Assembly (NCBI GenBank): GCA_028534125.1
Contig: CM052833.1
Location: 19,034,001 to 19,098,000 of the forward strand
Direction of reading: 5' to 3'
Source of the DNA: Lama glama
Lineage: Eukaryota
DNA length: 64,000 bases
The position numbers and the translations under genes are program-made. Below are positions 35,840-48,076 of the stretch, in pieces. The number at the start of each line of letters is the position of its first letter. Within the stretch, counting starts at the first letter, position 1. The notes beneath the pieces are model-generated. The model ran no database searches. It saw only the letters and a program-made list of their open reading frames with translations, and was not told the DNA's origin.

Positions 35840-37603
35840 GTACGTGGCGGGTGGGCGGGCCAGCCGAACCCCTGTGTGTTGTTCACTGCCGTCCTGTTCT
35901 GCACGCCTGTTTTGCTCACCTCGTCCTGTGCCTTAATCGTGACCAGTAAATCCAAGCATGTGCTTTTCCAATCCAAGAAAGTAAACAAATGAAAACCGGT
36001 CTGGGGTGTATAGGTTTCAGCTCCAGGCCGGCCCTCCCCCCTCCCCCCACCTTGGTGGCCCTTTTTGGAGGGAAGTTCCGGGCACATGTTCCCAGTGAGC
36101 CTCAGACTGACCCCTGGGGCGTGTAATCTGGTCACACACAAAAGAAACTGCTATTTTGGGAGGACACTTCTGATCCCAATAGTCTGTCAGTTCTCCGTCT
36201 TCCTCTCGCTGCCGGACAGAGCAGCCGGTTCAGGTTCCCACAGACCCTGGGACTGAGCGGAGTCCTGGGACCCAAGCTCCCCTTTGTGAAGCAGCTTCAG
36301 CAGTCACGCTGAGGACACGCCCTGCTTCCTTCGTCATTAGCACAGATTCAGGCGAGCCGGTCAGGGGCTGGGGCTTGCAGGAGCAGCCCCCCTGCAGAGC
36401 GCACCTCACCCCAAGCCTCACGTGGCGCAGGGTCCCCAGCGGGGAGCGGAGGGCCGTGTCCGAGTGAAGACCTTACCCTGAGGATAAGCAAGAACTTCAC
36501 TGTTGGAACCTGTCAAGGAGTTAGTCACTCACTTGTTGCTCTGTTAGACGTTGTTGTTGAGACTGAGTAGGGTGGGCAGCAAGCCCAGAGGGTGACCCTC
36601 CTGTCCGGGTGCCGGCATCTGGGGTGGGGGCACACGTGCCCGCAGCGGGCTGTCTGACGGGCCAGGCTGCGCCCATGGGGTTCCGGGTACGTGGCTGTGC
36701 CCCGGTGGTCCGGCCTCGTCTTGGAGGCCCAATCGAGGGGCGTGTCTGTCCTCCCTCCAGCCAGCAGAGGCCGCCAGCCCACCTGCCCAGCCTGGGCTTT
36801 CAGAGGCCACCTAGTTCGAGGACTGACCTGGATTTAGGAAGCCCTCAAAGGCCAAGGTCGTGGGAAGGGGGTGGACAGTTCTTGCTGCTGGGCGGCCCAG
36901 GCTCCCGGGAAATGAACCCTTTTCCTGCCGGCCCAGGCTCTCCTCGGGCCGTTGGCCAGGGCCCCTCCTCACTTTCTCGCTCCCTCGGCTGATCCCCAGG
37001 CTGGCCCCTTGCTTTTGTCAGCCCTGAGCAGGGGAGTCTGGGGGGAAAGGCAGCCGGGGCACCAGGGGAGGTGGGTCTCCGCCAGGCCCGCTCTCCCTCG
37101 CTGGGGGGCTGCCGTCCAGGCCCTGGTCACCTGCCCTGTGCGCGGTGGGAGGGCACCGCTCAGCCCCCGCCTGCTCAGATTCCCCTCTGGCGAGTGTGTC
37201 TCTTCCTGGGCTGCCCCAGGCGGGCTCTACCGATGCCTCCTTCATTCTTCCCACGTTGGCAATTTGGGGGGTTTCTCGGAGGGTTTGGTTAGAGGCACAA
37301 GCGGCCTTTTTTTGCCCTCCCAGGAAAAAGCAAAAGAGGTCTTTCTGAGAAATGAAGCTTTTTCAATAACTTTCTAGTTATTGAGGATGGTGTCAATTTT
37401 TACGACATTTTATCCCCTTAATTGTATATAGTTACTCTGAAACAGAACCACATGCAGGTCTGGTCTTGAACGCAGACTGACTTGTCAGCCCCCCCGCTGA
37501 GAGGTGGTCACCATCCCGTCCCCTGGCCAGTCGTGGACCTGGGGCTCCATGGCCCCCAGTCACAGTGTCCTGTTCTGTGTGTCTGCCCTGCCCGCGCCCA
37601 CAG

Positions 37604-37712
37604 CTGGAGTTCGGGGTGATTCACGACTGCACGGAGGAGCGGCTGTACACCGGCCGGAGGGGTCGCGGCGCCTTCTGCAACGGCCAGCGACTGCACGTGT
37701 CCGTGGAGACAG
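37604..37712 (+). CDS. IMPA2: IMPA2 coding exon 5 (109 nt)
   Basis: cacag|CTG...ACAG|gtgggc; encodes LEFGVIHDCTEERLYTGRRGRGAFCNGQRLHVSVET. Confidence 0.96.
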
Positions 37713-37910
37713 GTGGGCCTTGCGCAGCTCATTTTGCCCTGAAAGGTGTTAATGGAAAAGTCACCATGCCGCAAGGCGGCGGTGGGACTCTCCTGCTGAG
37801 GGTCCGACCTCGTCAGGGACAGCGTGTCCCTGGGGTACGGGGCGTGGGGCCCGTATGTATCTTCGTGTTTTCGTGGATGCGGCCAGGACCCTTCCATAGG
37901 GGCCCCTTCT

Positions 37911-38076
37911 TTTTTATTTTATTTTTTTCTTTTAAAGCATTTTCACTGTTTTGGTTTTTGGTTGGGGTGTAATTAGGTTTGTTTATTAACTTGTTTTACT
38001 GGAGGTGCTGGGGGACTGAACCCAGGACCTCGCGCAGGCTAGGCACGCGCTCTAGCCCTGAGCTACGCCCTCCCCC
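37911..38076 (-). mobile_element. Camelid-type tRNA-derived SINE with 10-bp target-site duplication
   Basis: Minus strand reads gggggagggcgtagctcagggctagagcgcgtgcctagcctgcgcgaggtcctgggttcagtccccc...aaacctaattac; ggccccttct at 37901-37910 and 38078-38087. Confidence 0.88.
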
Positions 38077-41000
38077 AGGCCCCTTCTATTTTGCACTCAC
38101 CTTCCACCCTTAATTCAGAAAGCAACCCTGACTCCAGTTACCATGTGATCTCCAGCCGGCCAGGGTGGGCGGGCCAGTGCCAGGTCCAAGGGCAGAGTCA
38201 GAGGCGTGCTCTGGCCCTCAGAGCCTCTCAGTCATCCTGTTGTCACCTGGGTGTGTCACCCAGTGGTGTCCCTCAGGTGCGGTTTCTGGGAGAACTCAGT
38301 GGCCAGGGGAGAGCCGTGTGTGTGACCCTGCTGTTGTCATTCCTAAGGCAGGACCTCGAAGACACTGGTGGCTTTTGTAAAGGGGCTGCTGTTAGACTCA
38401 AACAGCATGTCCCTGGATGGCCTCCTGCCCCTCAGCCATGCTCAGCCCGTGAGGAGACGGGGCTGGAGGTGAGCGTGGCTGGGGGGCCAAGGTCAGATCC
38501 GGTGAGATCCTGTGAGAGCAGCCCATCGCAGCCCCAGGGAGGGGCTGTGTGAAGGGCAGGACTGGGGGAGGCGGAGGCCGGGAGAGGCAGAGCCCCAGGG
38601 TGGGGGAGGAGCAGCCTCAGGGCTACAGACAGAGGTGGGGCCTCTGCCCGGCCCGGCTCCCGCCCCAGGAGTGTTTGGTTTGGCTGAGGAAGGAGCAGCG
38701 TTAATCACAGCCACACACGCCAGGGGTGACCTTGCCAGGCACTTGTGTAACTCGGTGGTGAGGAGGCAGTTATTAACTCGCCGGGTGAACTTTGCTCCAC
38801 ATTTCACTGACTCCGGGGGAAGGCTCGCCTCCCTCCTGCCGCCCTCCAGATGAGCTGCAGGCTCCTGAGCACGATCTCACCCTGCGCGGGGACCTGGCCC
38901 ATCCTCAGCCCTTCATCCACCAGCCGCCTAGCTCAAACGTGCCATCAACCCCCCTGCAACCTAGAACCCCAACTTCTCAAAATTTCTAATGCTCCCAAGC
39001 TTGCTGGCAATGCTTAAGGCTGACCTGGAACGTCGGAGTGCTGCCTTCAGCCTGGTGGTCATCTGTCTGCCAGGTGACTAGGTTTCCACCGGAGGTGACG
39101 GAACGCCGGCTTCCAACCCGGATTTCTGCCACCTCCCAGGGCTGTGACTCATGTTCGCATGTGCAGCAGGTGACCGTGGTGACAGCTGTGAGGGGGAAAT
39201 TACATTACATTTGGAAAGCACTCAGGAGCCGCCCTGGTGCGTGGTACCCAGAACAGAGTCGTTATCAAAGAAGGAACTTGAGTCTTCGCACGGTTGTTAA
39301 GACTGGGGTGTGTTCTGGAGGAAACAGCCGCAGAAATGACCAGCACTTGTCTCTCTCGGTGCACCTTTCTGGGGTGTCTGCAACTCACAAAAGCAAAACA
39401 AAGACTGCATTTCACTGGGGCAAAGGATTTGATGAGGCCAGGATTTCAGGAGTAGCTTTCCCTTCAGATTCCTGCTTGCAGAACCTCACATGTGTACAGA
39501 GGAGACAGAAAAAGTGCAGGGAACCCACGTGACCCATTACTCCGCTCCGGCATCATCACCTGTGGCCAACCTGCTTCACCCACGCCCCGCCACCTCCCGC
39601 CACCCTGAACAGCCCCCTGACACAGACCCCAGGCATAAGGACACCAATGTTTGGGCATGTGTGTCTCTGAAACACACAGACACCCCCCCCTCCAAACATC
39701 AACAGTTGTTCCTAAAATCATGCCTGTCTGGTCAGTGGTCAAATTTCTGCTTGTCTCGTCTGGTGGGGAACAGCCTCTCTCCGGGCCCTGGGATCCTGGT
39801 GGCCCCTGGGTCTGCCAGTGCTGCTGGGCCTTTTCGGTGGCCAGAGCTGAGAGGCAAGTTGTTTTTCAAATGTAAGACTCATCACAGTCAGCGTGGAGTT
39901 CTCCATCCAAACTCACGCTCAGCCCGGCCTGGAGCCCAGGGCCCGGAGGCACCAGAAGAGGGGAGCTTAACCTCGTGAGCTTCAGGATGGCAGCACCAGC
40001 AGGCGACCCGCAGGTGCGGGGTGAGCGTCCCGTTCAGTTTCTGGCGTTCTTTTCGTCCTTGGTGAAGACCCCCTCGGTCTGCAGGCGGGTGCCCTGGAGA
40101 GGCTTTGAAGTGGTTCCATTCGTTTCCCTTGGGTCCCACCAGCAGGCGGGGATGATCACTTAGACGCGTCTGTTCCACTTTATTTTTCATTTAGGGTAAC
40201 TTTTTTAAAAATGGGTTTTATTTTGTAATTACCTTTTTACACGGACATTGTTTCAAGATCGAATCTAAAATCAAGGCTGTCAAAGCAGTCCAGCCCCATC
40301 CTTGCCCTCTTCACCCTGTAGGTGACTGGTGCAGACTCGCTCATCCAAGTCCTCCTAGGGTCTTCAGGCAGCGTGCACGTGGCGCTGGAGGTTCAGCCCA
40401 GTTGCTTGGCACCGTGGCATCGCCCTGCGCGGGGTGCGGCAGACAGGGCGCCCCGCCCGCACAGGTCGGCGCCACGCCCCTCGGTGGTGGTGAAGGGGGC
40501 TCGGGGGCCATCTTTGAGCACCTCTCCTCCAGCTGACTTCTCTGGGAGGCTGACGGGAGCAGTGCCCCGAGGTCTCACGTGTCAGCGGGCTTCACACTGA
40601 AAGTCCACTTTCCTGGGGATAAAACGCAGGCTCACGCATCCTTGTGTGGAATCGTCTCTGTCACTGTCCACAAAAGCCTATTGTTGGGAAGTCTGAAAGC
40701 ATTTGATTTCCTTTCCTTGTAAGGGGATTTTTTTTGCCTGTTGCCCAGAGGTTTTTTCTTTTCTTTTTCTTTAGAACTCAGTAATTCTAACAGGCTATCT
40801 CAGCGCTGCTTCTTCTCAGCGAGCTTTCCCCTTTCAGGATGTAACCTCAGGTCCTCGTTTTTTGGGTTTTGTTTTTAATTTTGAAAGAGTTTTCTTGAAT
40901 TATTGCATTTAGTGTATGTTCACGTCCAAGTTCTGCTGCTGCTTTCTTTGTCCTCCGCGTCCCTGTCACAGGGGTGTTGGGTCTTCTCTGCTTGGCTCGT

Positions 41001-42568
41001 CTGCCACTTTCTCTCCATCCCATTCACCTTTTCCGCGAGGTTTACATGAGCGAAGCTGTCCTGAGTTTCACCCTCCACTCCTGGTCAAGCACAGTCTGTT
41101 GTGTTGGCATCTTCTTTCAGCTGAGCCTTCTCCAGCTCTTCCTCAGCTCCCCGCCCTCTGCTTCTGGGTTTCGCTGCTCTGCCCGTCCACGTAGTCTTCA
41201 TTTGTGTTGTTAAACCCACTTCTGTTTTGTGGACAAATCTTCTGGCAACCTTTGCTTGACTAGAAACATGTTATTCTGCCTCCCGTACTTTTTTCTTATA
41301 ATAATCGTGTGTGGGATCCAATCATCATTCTTTTAGGTTATTTCCACTTGAAATCTGTGTTCCTGAACTTTGGTGGCTGGGGTGGGGGCGGGGTCAAGGT
41401 CAGGACGGTTTTGGCCGTTCAGTGGCTCTAGCGCTCCCCCTCCTGTTGGTTGTGGGAAGTGCTCACCAAGTCAGCTTCGTCCTTAGATTCTGGGGCTCTG
41501 ACCCTCCTTCTCCGTTCCCTGGATCTTCTCTCTCCATTGCCCTGTGATTCCCAGCCTGTGAATTTGGGGTTCAGTCCCGCACATTTGTCCTCAGTGGGTC
41601 CTGCCGTGAGAGGTACTGAAAGGTCAGGTATGAGAGGTCCTGGGGCTGTTGAGGCCCCCCTCCTTCAGACCTTGCCATCCACCAGGGGCTCCCTTGGTTC
41701 CCCCTCAGTCTGGCTCCCAGGAGCGGCTGTGGGAGATTTTGAGATTCTCCTGTTCGTGGTCCACTGGACGCTCAACGCTCTCCCTCCCGGGGCTGCAGGG
41801 TCTGGTAGTTCTTGGAGGTTCGCCCGCCCACCGGTGTTTGGGGCTTGGATGTGCCTTGTGGATGGAGACTTTTTGCAGGTGGCGGCTGTGGTTTTGGTCT
41901 CCAGCGGCACTGTTTTTATCAGAGGGGATTTGGAAGAGGTTACAACTGCGTGGCTGCTGCACAGCTCTCCACTGCAGTCTTTCCCAGGATTCTAAACAGT
42001 GCTCCCCCCACCGGCCCCCAATTACTTGTTTTTGAAAATAGTGTATTGAGGTGAAAGTCTGATAAAATTAACCAGTGTGAAGTGAGCGCCTCAGGGCCAG
42101 TCAGCACGTTCATGGTGCCGTGTGCTTGGGTGGCTCCAAGGTGGACCCCACCCCCCAGCCTCCCCGACATCCAGTACTTGGGGTCTTCAGTTAAACACTG
42201 AGAGGGTCAGTGTCCACATCAGTAGCTGTTGACGACCTATAAGAAGCCTGAGCGTCAGGACACGTGTATGAACACACGCTGGTCTGAGCGCTGCCTCAGG
42301 GGCCCCGAGGGGACGCTCTCCAGACTTGAAGGCACAGTTGCCTCTTTCTCCCAAGTTCATGTTTCCGTGGATACCGATGACTTGCTTCTTACCTCTAAGC
42401 TGTAACATTGCTCTTAAGACAACAGTGCGCGGATCCTCTGGGTGTCTTAACTTTGCTCAACCAGAGAAAGGGTTTTCAAAGTGATGGAAGTCACAGGCTG
42501 TTTTTTTGCACCCTAAAATCTGTTTATTGAAAGGGTATACAGGAAGCCCCACTTCAAAATCTATTCCA

Positions 42569-42745
42569 TTTTTTATTGTGGTAAAATATATATAATAATT
42601 GCCATTTTAACCATTAAAAGGGTATAATTCAGTGACATTAATTTCATTCGCAGTGTGCAACCATCACCTGTTTCCAAAATGTTTATCATGTGAAACCGAA
42701 ACTCTGTACCCATGAAGCAGTAGCTCCCACCCCCAACCCAAGATG
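42569..42745 (-). mobile_element. L1M 3' end fragment
   Basis: 'ttttattgtggtaaaatata...gccattttaacca...gtataattcagtgacatta...gtgcaaccatcacc...aaactctgtaccc'. Confidence 0.75.
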
Positions 42746-43216
42746 TCATCGAATATTTTAAATTAAAGTAGTATTTGATCAAGAGCGAAACTATTATGAT
42801 AAATACAGAATAAAGGGTAATAAAATGCATAAACCGTAGTAATTGTGGATAGCTGGTCACAAATAACCGTAAGACAGTATTAAGCAGAAGGGATTGTGAC
42901 TTTTACCTTTGTTTCCTTACCTGGGGCAAAATGAAACAGCAGAAAGCATTTTGCCTGAGGTGGCCGACCGCAGACTCCCATCTTGCTCTTGGTTTCCTTT
43001 AGGGAAAAAGCTACATTAGCAAGTGCGCGATAAAGGACGGTACATGGCACAGCATCTCACGAAGTAAAAACTGCGGGAAGAAACTCTTTCTGTCGCGTGG
43101 TCACCAGGCAGCCTATGTTTACGTCTGGGCCTCCCTAGCAGTAAGGGCTGCTTGACCTCCCGCAGGTCCCATCTCTGGGCTCAAGCTCCCGTCTGAGAAA
43201 TGAGTGCAGTGGGAGA

Positions 43217-43343
43217 GCGGAGTCACTGTACCCGAGCGCGAGGGAGGGGCGGGGTCACTGTACCCGAGTGCGAGGGGGGCGGAGTCACTGTACCCGAGCG
43301 CGAGGGAGGGGCGGGGTCAGTGTATCCGGAGCGTGATGGAGGG
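43217..43343 (+). repeat. CpG-rich minisatellite, 4 copies of a 30-33-bp unit
   Basis: Unit gcgg(a/g)gtcactgtacccgagcgcgagggaggg starting at 43217, 43249, 43279 and (degenerate) 43311. Confidence 0.88.
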
Positions 43344-43573
43344 TTGAAGCTGTGCATGGGAAGAGCTTTGCCTCAGGAGAGCGTAAGGACCCGTAAACAT
43401 GAGCGATGGCTGTTTCCGCACCTGGCTTACCTCCGCTTAGAGGAGTAGCCCTCTGGCACCCGCACCGTGCGGGTGTCTTCTCGTCCAGGCTGGCGCTCCA
43501 GCGGCTTCCTCTCCACTCCCTGCGGCGCGTCCCTCTGATAAGGGCCGGTTGGACCTGGAAGAGGAGTCACGGC

Positions 43574-43693
43574 TTTTTATTTAGTTGAGGTGCAACTGCC
43601 ATGTAATGTTCTATTAGCTCCAGGTGCAGAACACGATGACTCAACATTCGTACGTGTTGTGAAATGATCCCGGAGTAAGTCCAGTTAACATCC
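43574..43693 (-). mobile_element. L1MA-like 3' end fragment
   Basis: 'tttttatttagttgagg...tattagctccaggtgcagaacacgatgactc...ttgtgaaatgatc...taagtccagttaacatcc'. Confidence 0.65.
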
Positions 43694-45848
43694 GGGCGAG
43701 CGTCTTGTGAACCTGGTTAAACGTAGGAGCTTATCTCCCCGCAGAAATTGTCCAGCGTTCTGGTTCCTGGGGGAAATCTTCAGTCTTTCTTAGTGTCTTC
43801 CCAGGTGACCAAGATCCCACAGCCAGGGAATGCACTTCTGGCAGGGTTATTCTCTTGATCTTAGCTGTCAGAGAAAAGTGTGAATCCTGGAGTAAGGGAT
43901 GGATACCTATTAGGGACTGGAAAGTAAATAGTACAGGTCCTCCCCAAGTGGGGTGGGGGGCAGTGGTAAAGTGGATGTAGCTTTTACAGCTTTTGGGGGG
44001 CATTTGAAAAAAAATGATCCAGATCTAAAATACACACACTGTTTGATTCAGAAGTCCCTCTTTCACCCTGGAAATGGCACTATCATGACTGCACAGACCT
44101 GTGCAGAAAAGAGCATTGTTCCAACAACAAGACGTGGACGTGTCCATCCATGGTGGGTGGTTAAGCCCACGGCAGTGCTTCCGCGGGGAGAGGTGTGCGC
44201 GGGGTGGCGTTACAGCAAGACAGCAGGGACAGGGGCTGCAGAGCTCTTGAAAAGCACCATGTCTGTGTGCGCGCCTGGGGGTCAGGTCTGAGGTCAGAGG
44301 AGATCAGAGGTAAGATGGGCCAGATGCTACTGGCCGCTTCGCTCTGTCCCCTCCCCTGCCTCCTCTGGGACTGCGCCCCCTTCTTCCTTGTTTCTGTGGA
44401 TAAGATAATGTGCACACTGTCCAGTTTCTTTTTAAATTTTACTTTAGCCAGCTCTCCAAATTACAGCATGCTATCTTTCAGAGAGTGTTTTAGCACATCC
44501 GTCATTCAGAATCCACTTCTCCCCCAAATTAGTGTTGTGCAGAGTGCGTAGAGTCTTGGGCTAGCCAACCGAATTCTACCTAACTCAGAAATTCCTCCCG
44601 TAGACTTAAAAACACTAGTAATGTAACAAACCAACCCAACAGGGAGACGCTTAGGAACGTGTCCTTAATGCTGGTTTCTGAGGGGAAGTGTTCACTCCTC
44701 CGGGCACTGTTCATGGGGTACCTGCTGCGCCTGCCCTGTGGGTGTCTCTTTTTCCCTGGAAAAATACTGTGTCAGCTGGTGGCCCAGTGAGGGCGGGTTG
44801 GGGGTGGGCTCAGGCTGGGGTGACTGGGTCCTGTGCTCGGAGACCATGGGGCCGCCCAGCCCAGCGCCCCTGGTATGGGCAGAGCTCCGCACCCACACAG
44901 GAGGCACGGGAGGCACGTGGTCAGCTCAGCTGCGGTGTGGGGTGTGCCTGGTGGGGAGGAGGCAAGCCTTCTCTAGGCAGGGAGCTCGGTGTGGGACCCA
45001 GCGGGTCTCAGTGTTTACAGTGTGAAATGGGCACCTCCAGGGTAGGAAGGGGGGGATGATGACAGAGGTGTCACCCCTGTGGAGAGGCTTAGCATCGAGG
45101 CCTTGGGAGTCGGACGCCAGGTCTGGGTGTTTGGGTGTGTGGCCAGGCAAGGCCAGGCGCTGTGATCTCTGGCAGTGAGTTAGCGTGGCAGGGAGCCCGG
45201 CACGTCCCTGAGCCCAGAGCGGCTTCCTGGCCCAGGCACGGGGCTCCTCTGGCAGCAAGCTGTGCCCAGAGAGGGTGCCTCCCCCCGGGCACTGAGGTAG
45301 CCACACAGCGGCCACTGCCTGGTGCTGAAGGGTTACTCATAAGGACGCCCTTTCCAGAGACATCGTGCTTAGAAGCTGCTTCCTCCACAGGGATGGCACC
45401 TCTTGTCGGCAGTGGGGGAAGGTTTTTAAGGACAGATTTTACTTGATGAGGCTTTTTTCCACCTCCGAACACAGGACGTTCCCGGTTGAGAGTCATTTTG
45501 TGTTTTCTTAGTGATTGAATGAGGTTGGTGTCATGGGCCACCAAGCCCCCCGAGTTCTTGGTGCTAAGTGTCCCAGGAAAGGGAGAGCTGGGAGGTTGGC
45601 TCCCGCTGCGTCTGACGCAGGTCGCGACCCAGGACGAGGATGTGACGTGGAGCCGGGAATGGGCCTCCTCTCTCTCACCGTCCTTCCTTCTTCAGCGCAG
45701 CCGTTGGGAGCTGTCACTGCGTTACCCGTCAAAGACTGTGCGGACTCAGCAGGGCCGGGTGCTGGTGTGTGGGTCCCCTCGGGAAAACCCCGACTCTTCA
45801 GTGGGAACCGAGGCCGGGTTTCCTGACTTGGGATCCTCTCCCTCACAG

Positions 45849-45957
45849 AGCTCTCCAGGGCCCTGGTTCTGACAGAAATCGGGCCCAGACGTGATCCCGC
45901 GACGCTGAAGTTGTTCCTGAGCAACATGGAGAGGCTGCTCCGCGCCAGGGCCCACGG
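45849..45957 (+). CDS. IMPA2: IMPA2 coding exon 6 (109 nt)
   Basis: ccctcacag|AG...CACGG|gtatga; encodes (E)LSRALVLTEIGPRRDPATLKLFLSNMERLLRARAH(G). Confidence 0.96.
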
Positions 45958-46489
45958 GTATGAGCCTCCTTCCGAAGCCCGCCCCGCTCCAGCTCCCGGG
46001 GCCAGGCGGGAGCCAGGCACCGCGTGCTGGGCCCCGGCCCCAGCGGGGAGCTTGGGTGGCCGTCAGGAGGAGCAGGGGCCCTGTGAGCCCGGAGCCCATG
46101 CACCCCGTGCTCAGCACCCTCGTGAAGGCGTGTGGGCGGTGTCCCAGTGCCCCGTCGGGTCCAGGAGACTCCTGTCCATCCCGTGCTCCCCAGGTCTGTG
46201 CTGTGACTGCAGCCACACCAGGCACTGAGATCTAAGATCCTTAAAGTCCCGCAGACCCGCACGTGGCCTCCTCCGTTGCACCAGCCACACTCCAAGGGCC
46301 AAGGCCCAGGTGCTGGTGGCTCCTTGGCGCTGGGCGCCTCATCACCACAGACGGTTCTGTTGGGCCTCGCTGCTCTGGGCCCAGGGATATGGGGCTGGGA
46401 AAGAAGGCCCAGTGGCTGCCGTTGAGTTCCCAGGCTGCCCACAGAGGAGGCGCCTGGGGCTAAGTCAGCGTCTGCCCCCCCACCCCCAG

Positions 46490-46641
46490 GGTCCGCGTGA
46501 TTGGCAGCTCCACCTTGGCGCTCTGCCACCTGGCCTCGGGCGCCGCTGACGCCTACTACCAGTTTGGCCTGCACTGCTGGGACCTGGCTGCCGCCACCGT
46601 CATCATCCGGGAAGCAGGCGGCGTGGTGATAGACACGTCAG
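46490..46641 (+). CDS. IMPA2: IMPA2 coding exon 7 (152 nt)
   Basis: cccccag|G...TCAG|gtgagc; encodes VRVIGSSTLALCHLASGAADAYYQFGLHCWDLAAATVIIREAGGVVIDTS with the WDxAA IMPase motif. Confidence 0.97.
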
Positions 46642-47654
46642 GTGAGCCCCTGGCCCCATACGGAGCGTCCCCATCCTCTGCTGACAGAGACACCGAGCGT
46701 GTTGGAGGGCAGTGGGCCCAGGCTGCCCAGCTCTTCCCACTGCCCTGTGCCTCTAGACCCAGGGTCAGCACCAGGACAGGTGGCTGGGCAGTGACGGCAC
46801 CACCTGTGTTTACATGATGTTCGACAGTTTTCTTAGCGCTCATGTCCCGGCCCCACCAAGTCCACTGAGACCACAGAGCAGGCCACATGCTCCCCGATCA
46901 ATCACAAGGTTTTAGAGCATGAATCCGATAGGTGACCCATTCCTCTGCCGCAGGGTCACTGTGCCCAGTGACCGGCCCCCAGACATCCACTTGGCTTCAT
47001 CTGACGTCAGAACCCACTTTTGTCCGCTTCCCTCCCAGTTTCAGCCCATAGCCCGCTGGGATTCCACAATGGACAGCGGTGGGTCCTTCTTCCCTTGCCC
47101 ACTCCTCTTTCACTCCTCCTCTGAGAGGCCAGGTTGAGCTTCCAGAAAGGTGTGAAGTGAAGGGAGGCAGCCTCAGGTGTCGAGGCCAGGCTGGCCCATC
47201 TCACGTAAAAGCTGTGTCCTACTCTGGATGTGACCACATGTGCACATGTGTGCACCGAGGTCCCCAGAGGGGCTGGTGACACCTCCAAGAGGAGGCGGCC
47301 TTTGTCCTGCCCCAGATCCCGGGTCCCCAGAGCAGCTGCCTCAGGGCCGGTCAGGAAGGCCGCCCAGGCGCCACCCAGACCTGCTGGGTGCCCGAGCCCC
47401 CGTGCAGCGCAGAGTCTGAGAACCGCTCCCTGCCCTGGCCTCACATCGTCTGAGGCTCAGTCCTGAACGCTGGACCTTAAGCCACTTTCCTCTGAGACAG
47501 TGCTGGTCGCTTGGCAGGGGAAGGACACACCCAGGTGGGGGCAGAACAGGGCCTGAGCACCGCAGTCCCGCCCATGCCGAGCAGGGTGTGTGCTGGGCTG
47601 CTGGGGGTTGTGCCGTCCCCTCCCTGACCCAGGCGTCCTCTCCTCTGTCCCCAG

Positions 47655-47770
47655 GTGGGCCGCTCGACCTCATGTCTTGCAGAGTGGTTGCTGCAGGCAC
47701 GCGGGAAGTGGCGATGCTTGTGGCTCAGGCCCTCCAGACGATTAACTACGGGCGGGATGACGAGAGGTGA
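47655..47770 (+). CDS. IMPA2: IMPA2 last coding exon 8 (116 nt including TGA)
   Basis: tgtccccag|GT; encodes GPLDLMSCRVVAAGTREVAMLVAQALQTINYGRDDER*. The seven exons total 733 nt; adding a 134-nt exon 2 gives 867 nt (288 aa plus stop). Confidence 0.96.
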
Positions 47771-48070
47771 GGCCGAAGCACGGAGACGCGCCTGCCTGGA
47801 CCACGCCTTCCCCGGACGCTGGGAGGCTCGGGCCTCGTCAGCCTGGGGCAGCCGCGGCGCCCGGCGCCCGTCTCTCCCGGGGTCGGGCTGGGCTGCGTGC
47901 TCTCTCATCTCACGGAGCCTTTTTCAGGTCTCACTGGACGCATGTGTTGATAACATGCAGTCTTGACTTTTTTCCAGAATGCAAATCTCAGGTAGTCAGG
48001 CTTTAGAACTGCCATTAAGTAGCCAGTGCTCAGCGCCGCCGCCCCGCCCCCGTCCCTGCCACGGTCACAC

Positions 48071-48076
48071 AATAAA
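48071..48076 (+). terminator. IMPA2: Polyadenylation signal of IMPA2 (3'UTR ~300 nt)
   Basis: First AATAAA after the stop codon, followed by GU/U-rich sequence ('gtttccc', 'gttgtgttt'). Confidence 0.75.

Noticed and set aside
43217-43343. CRISPR-like array
   Set aside because: Head-to-tail units with no unique spacers; an ordinary minisatellite.
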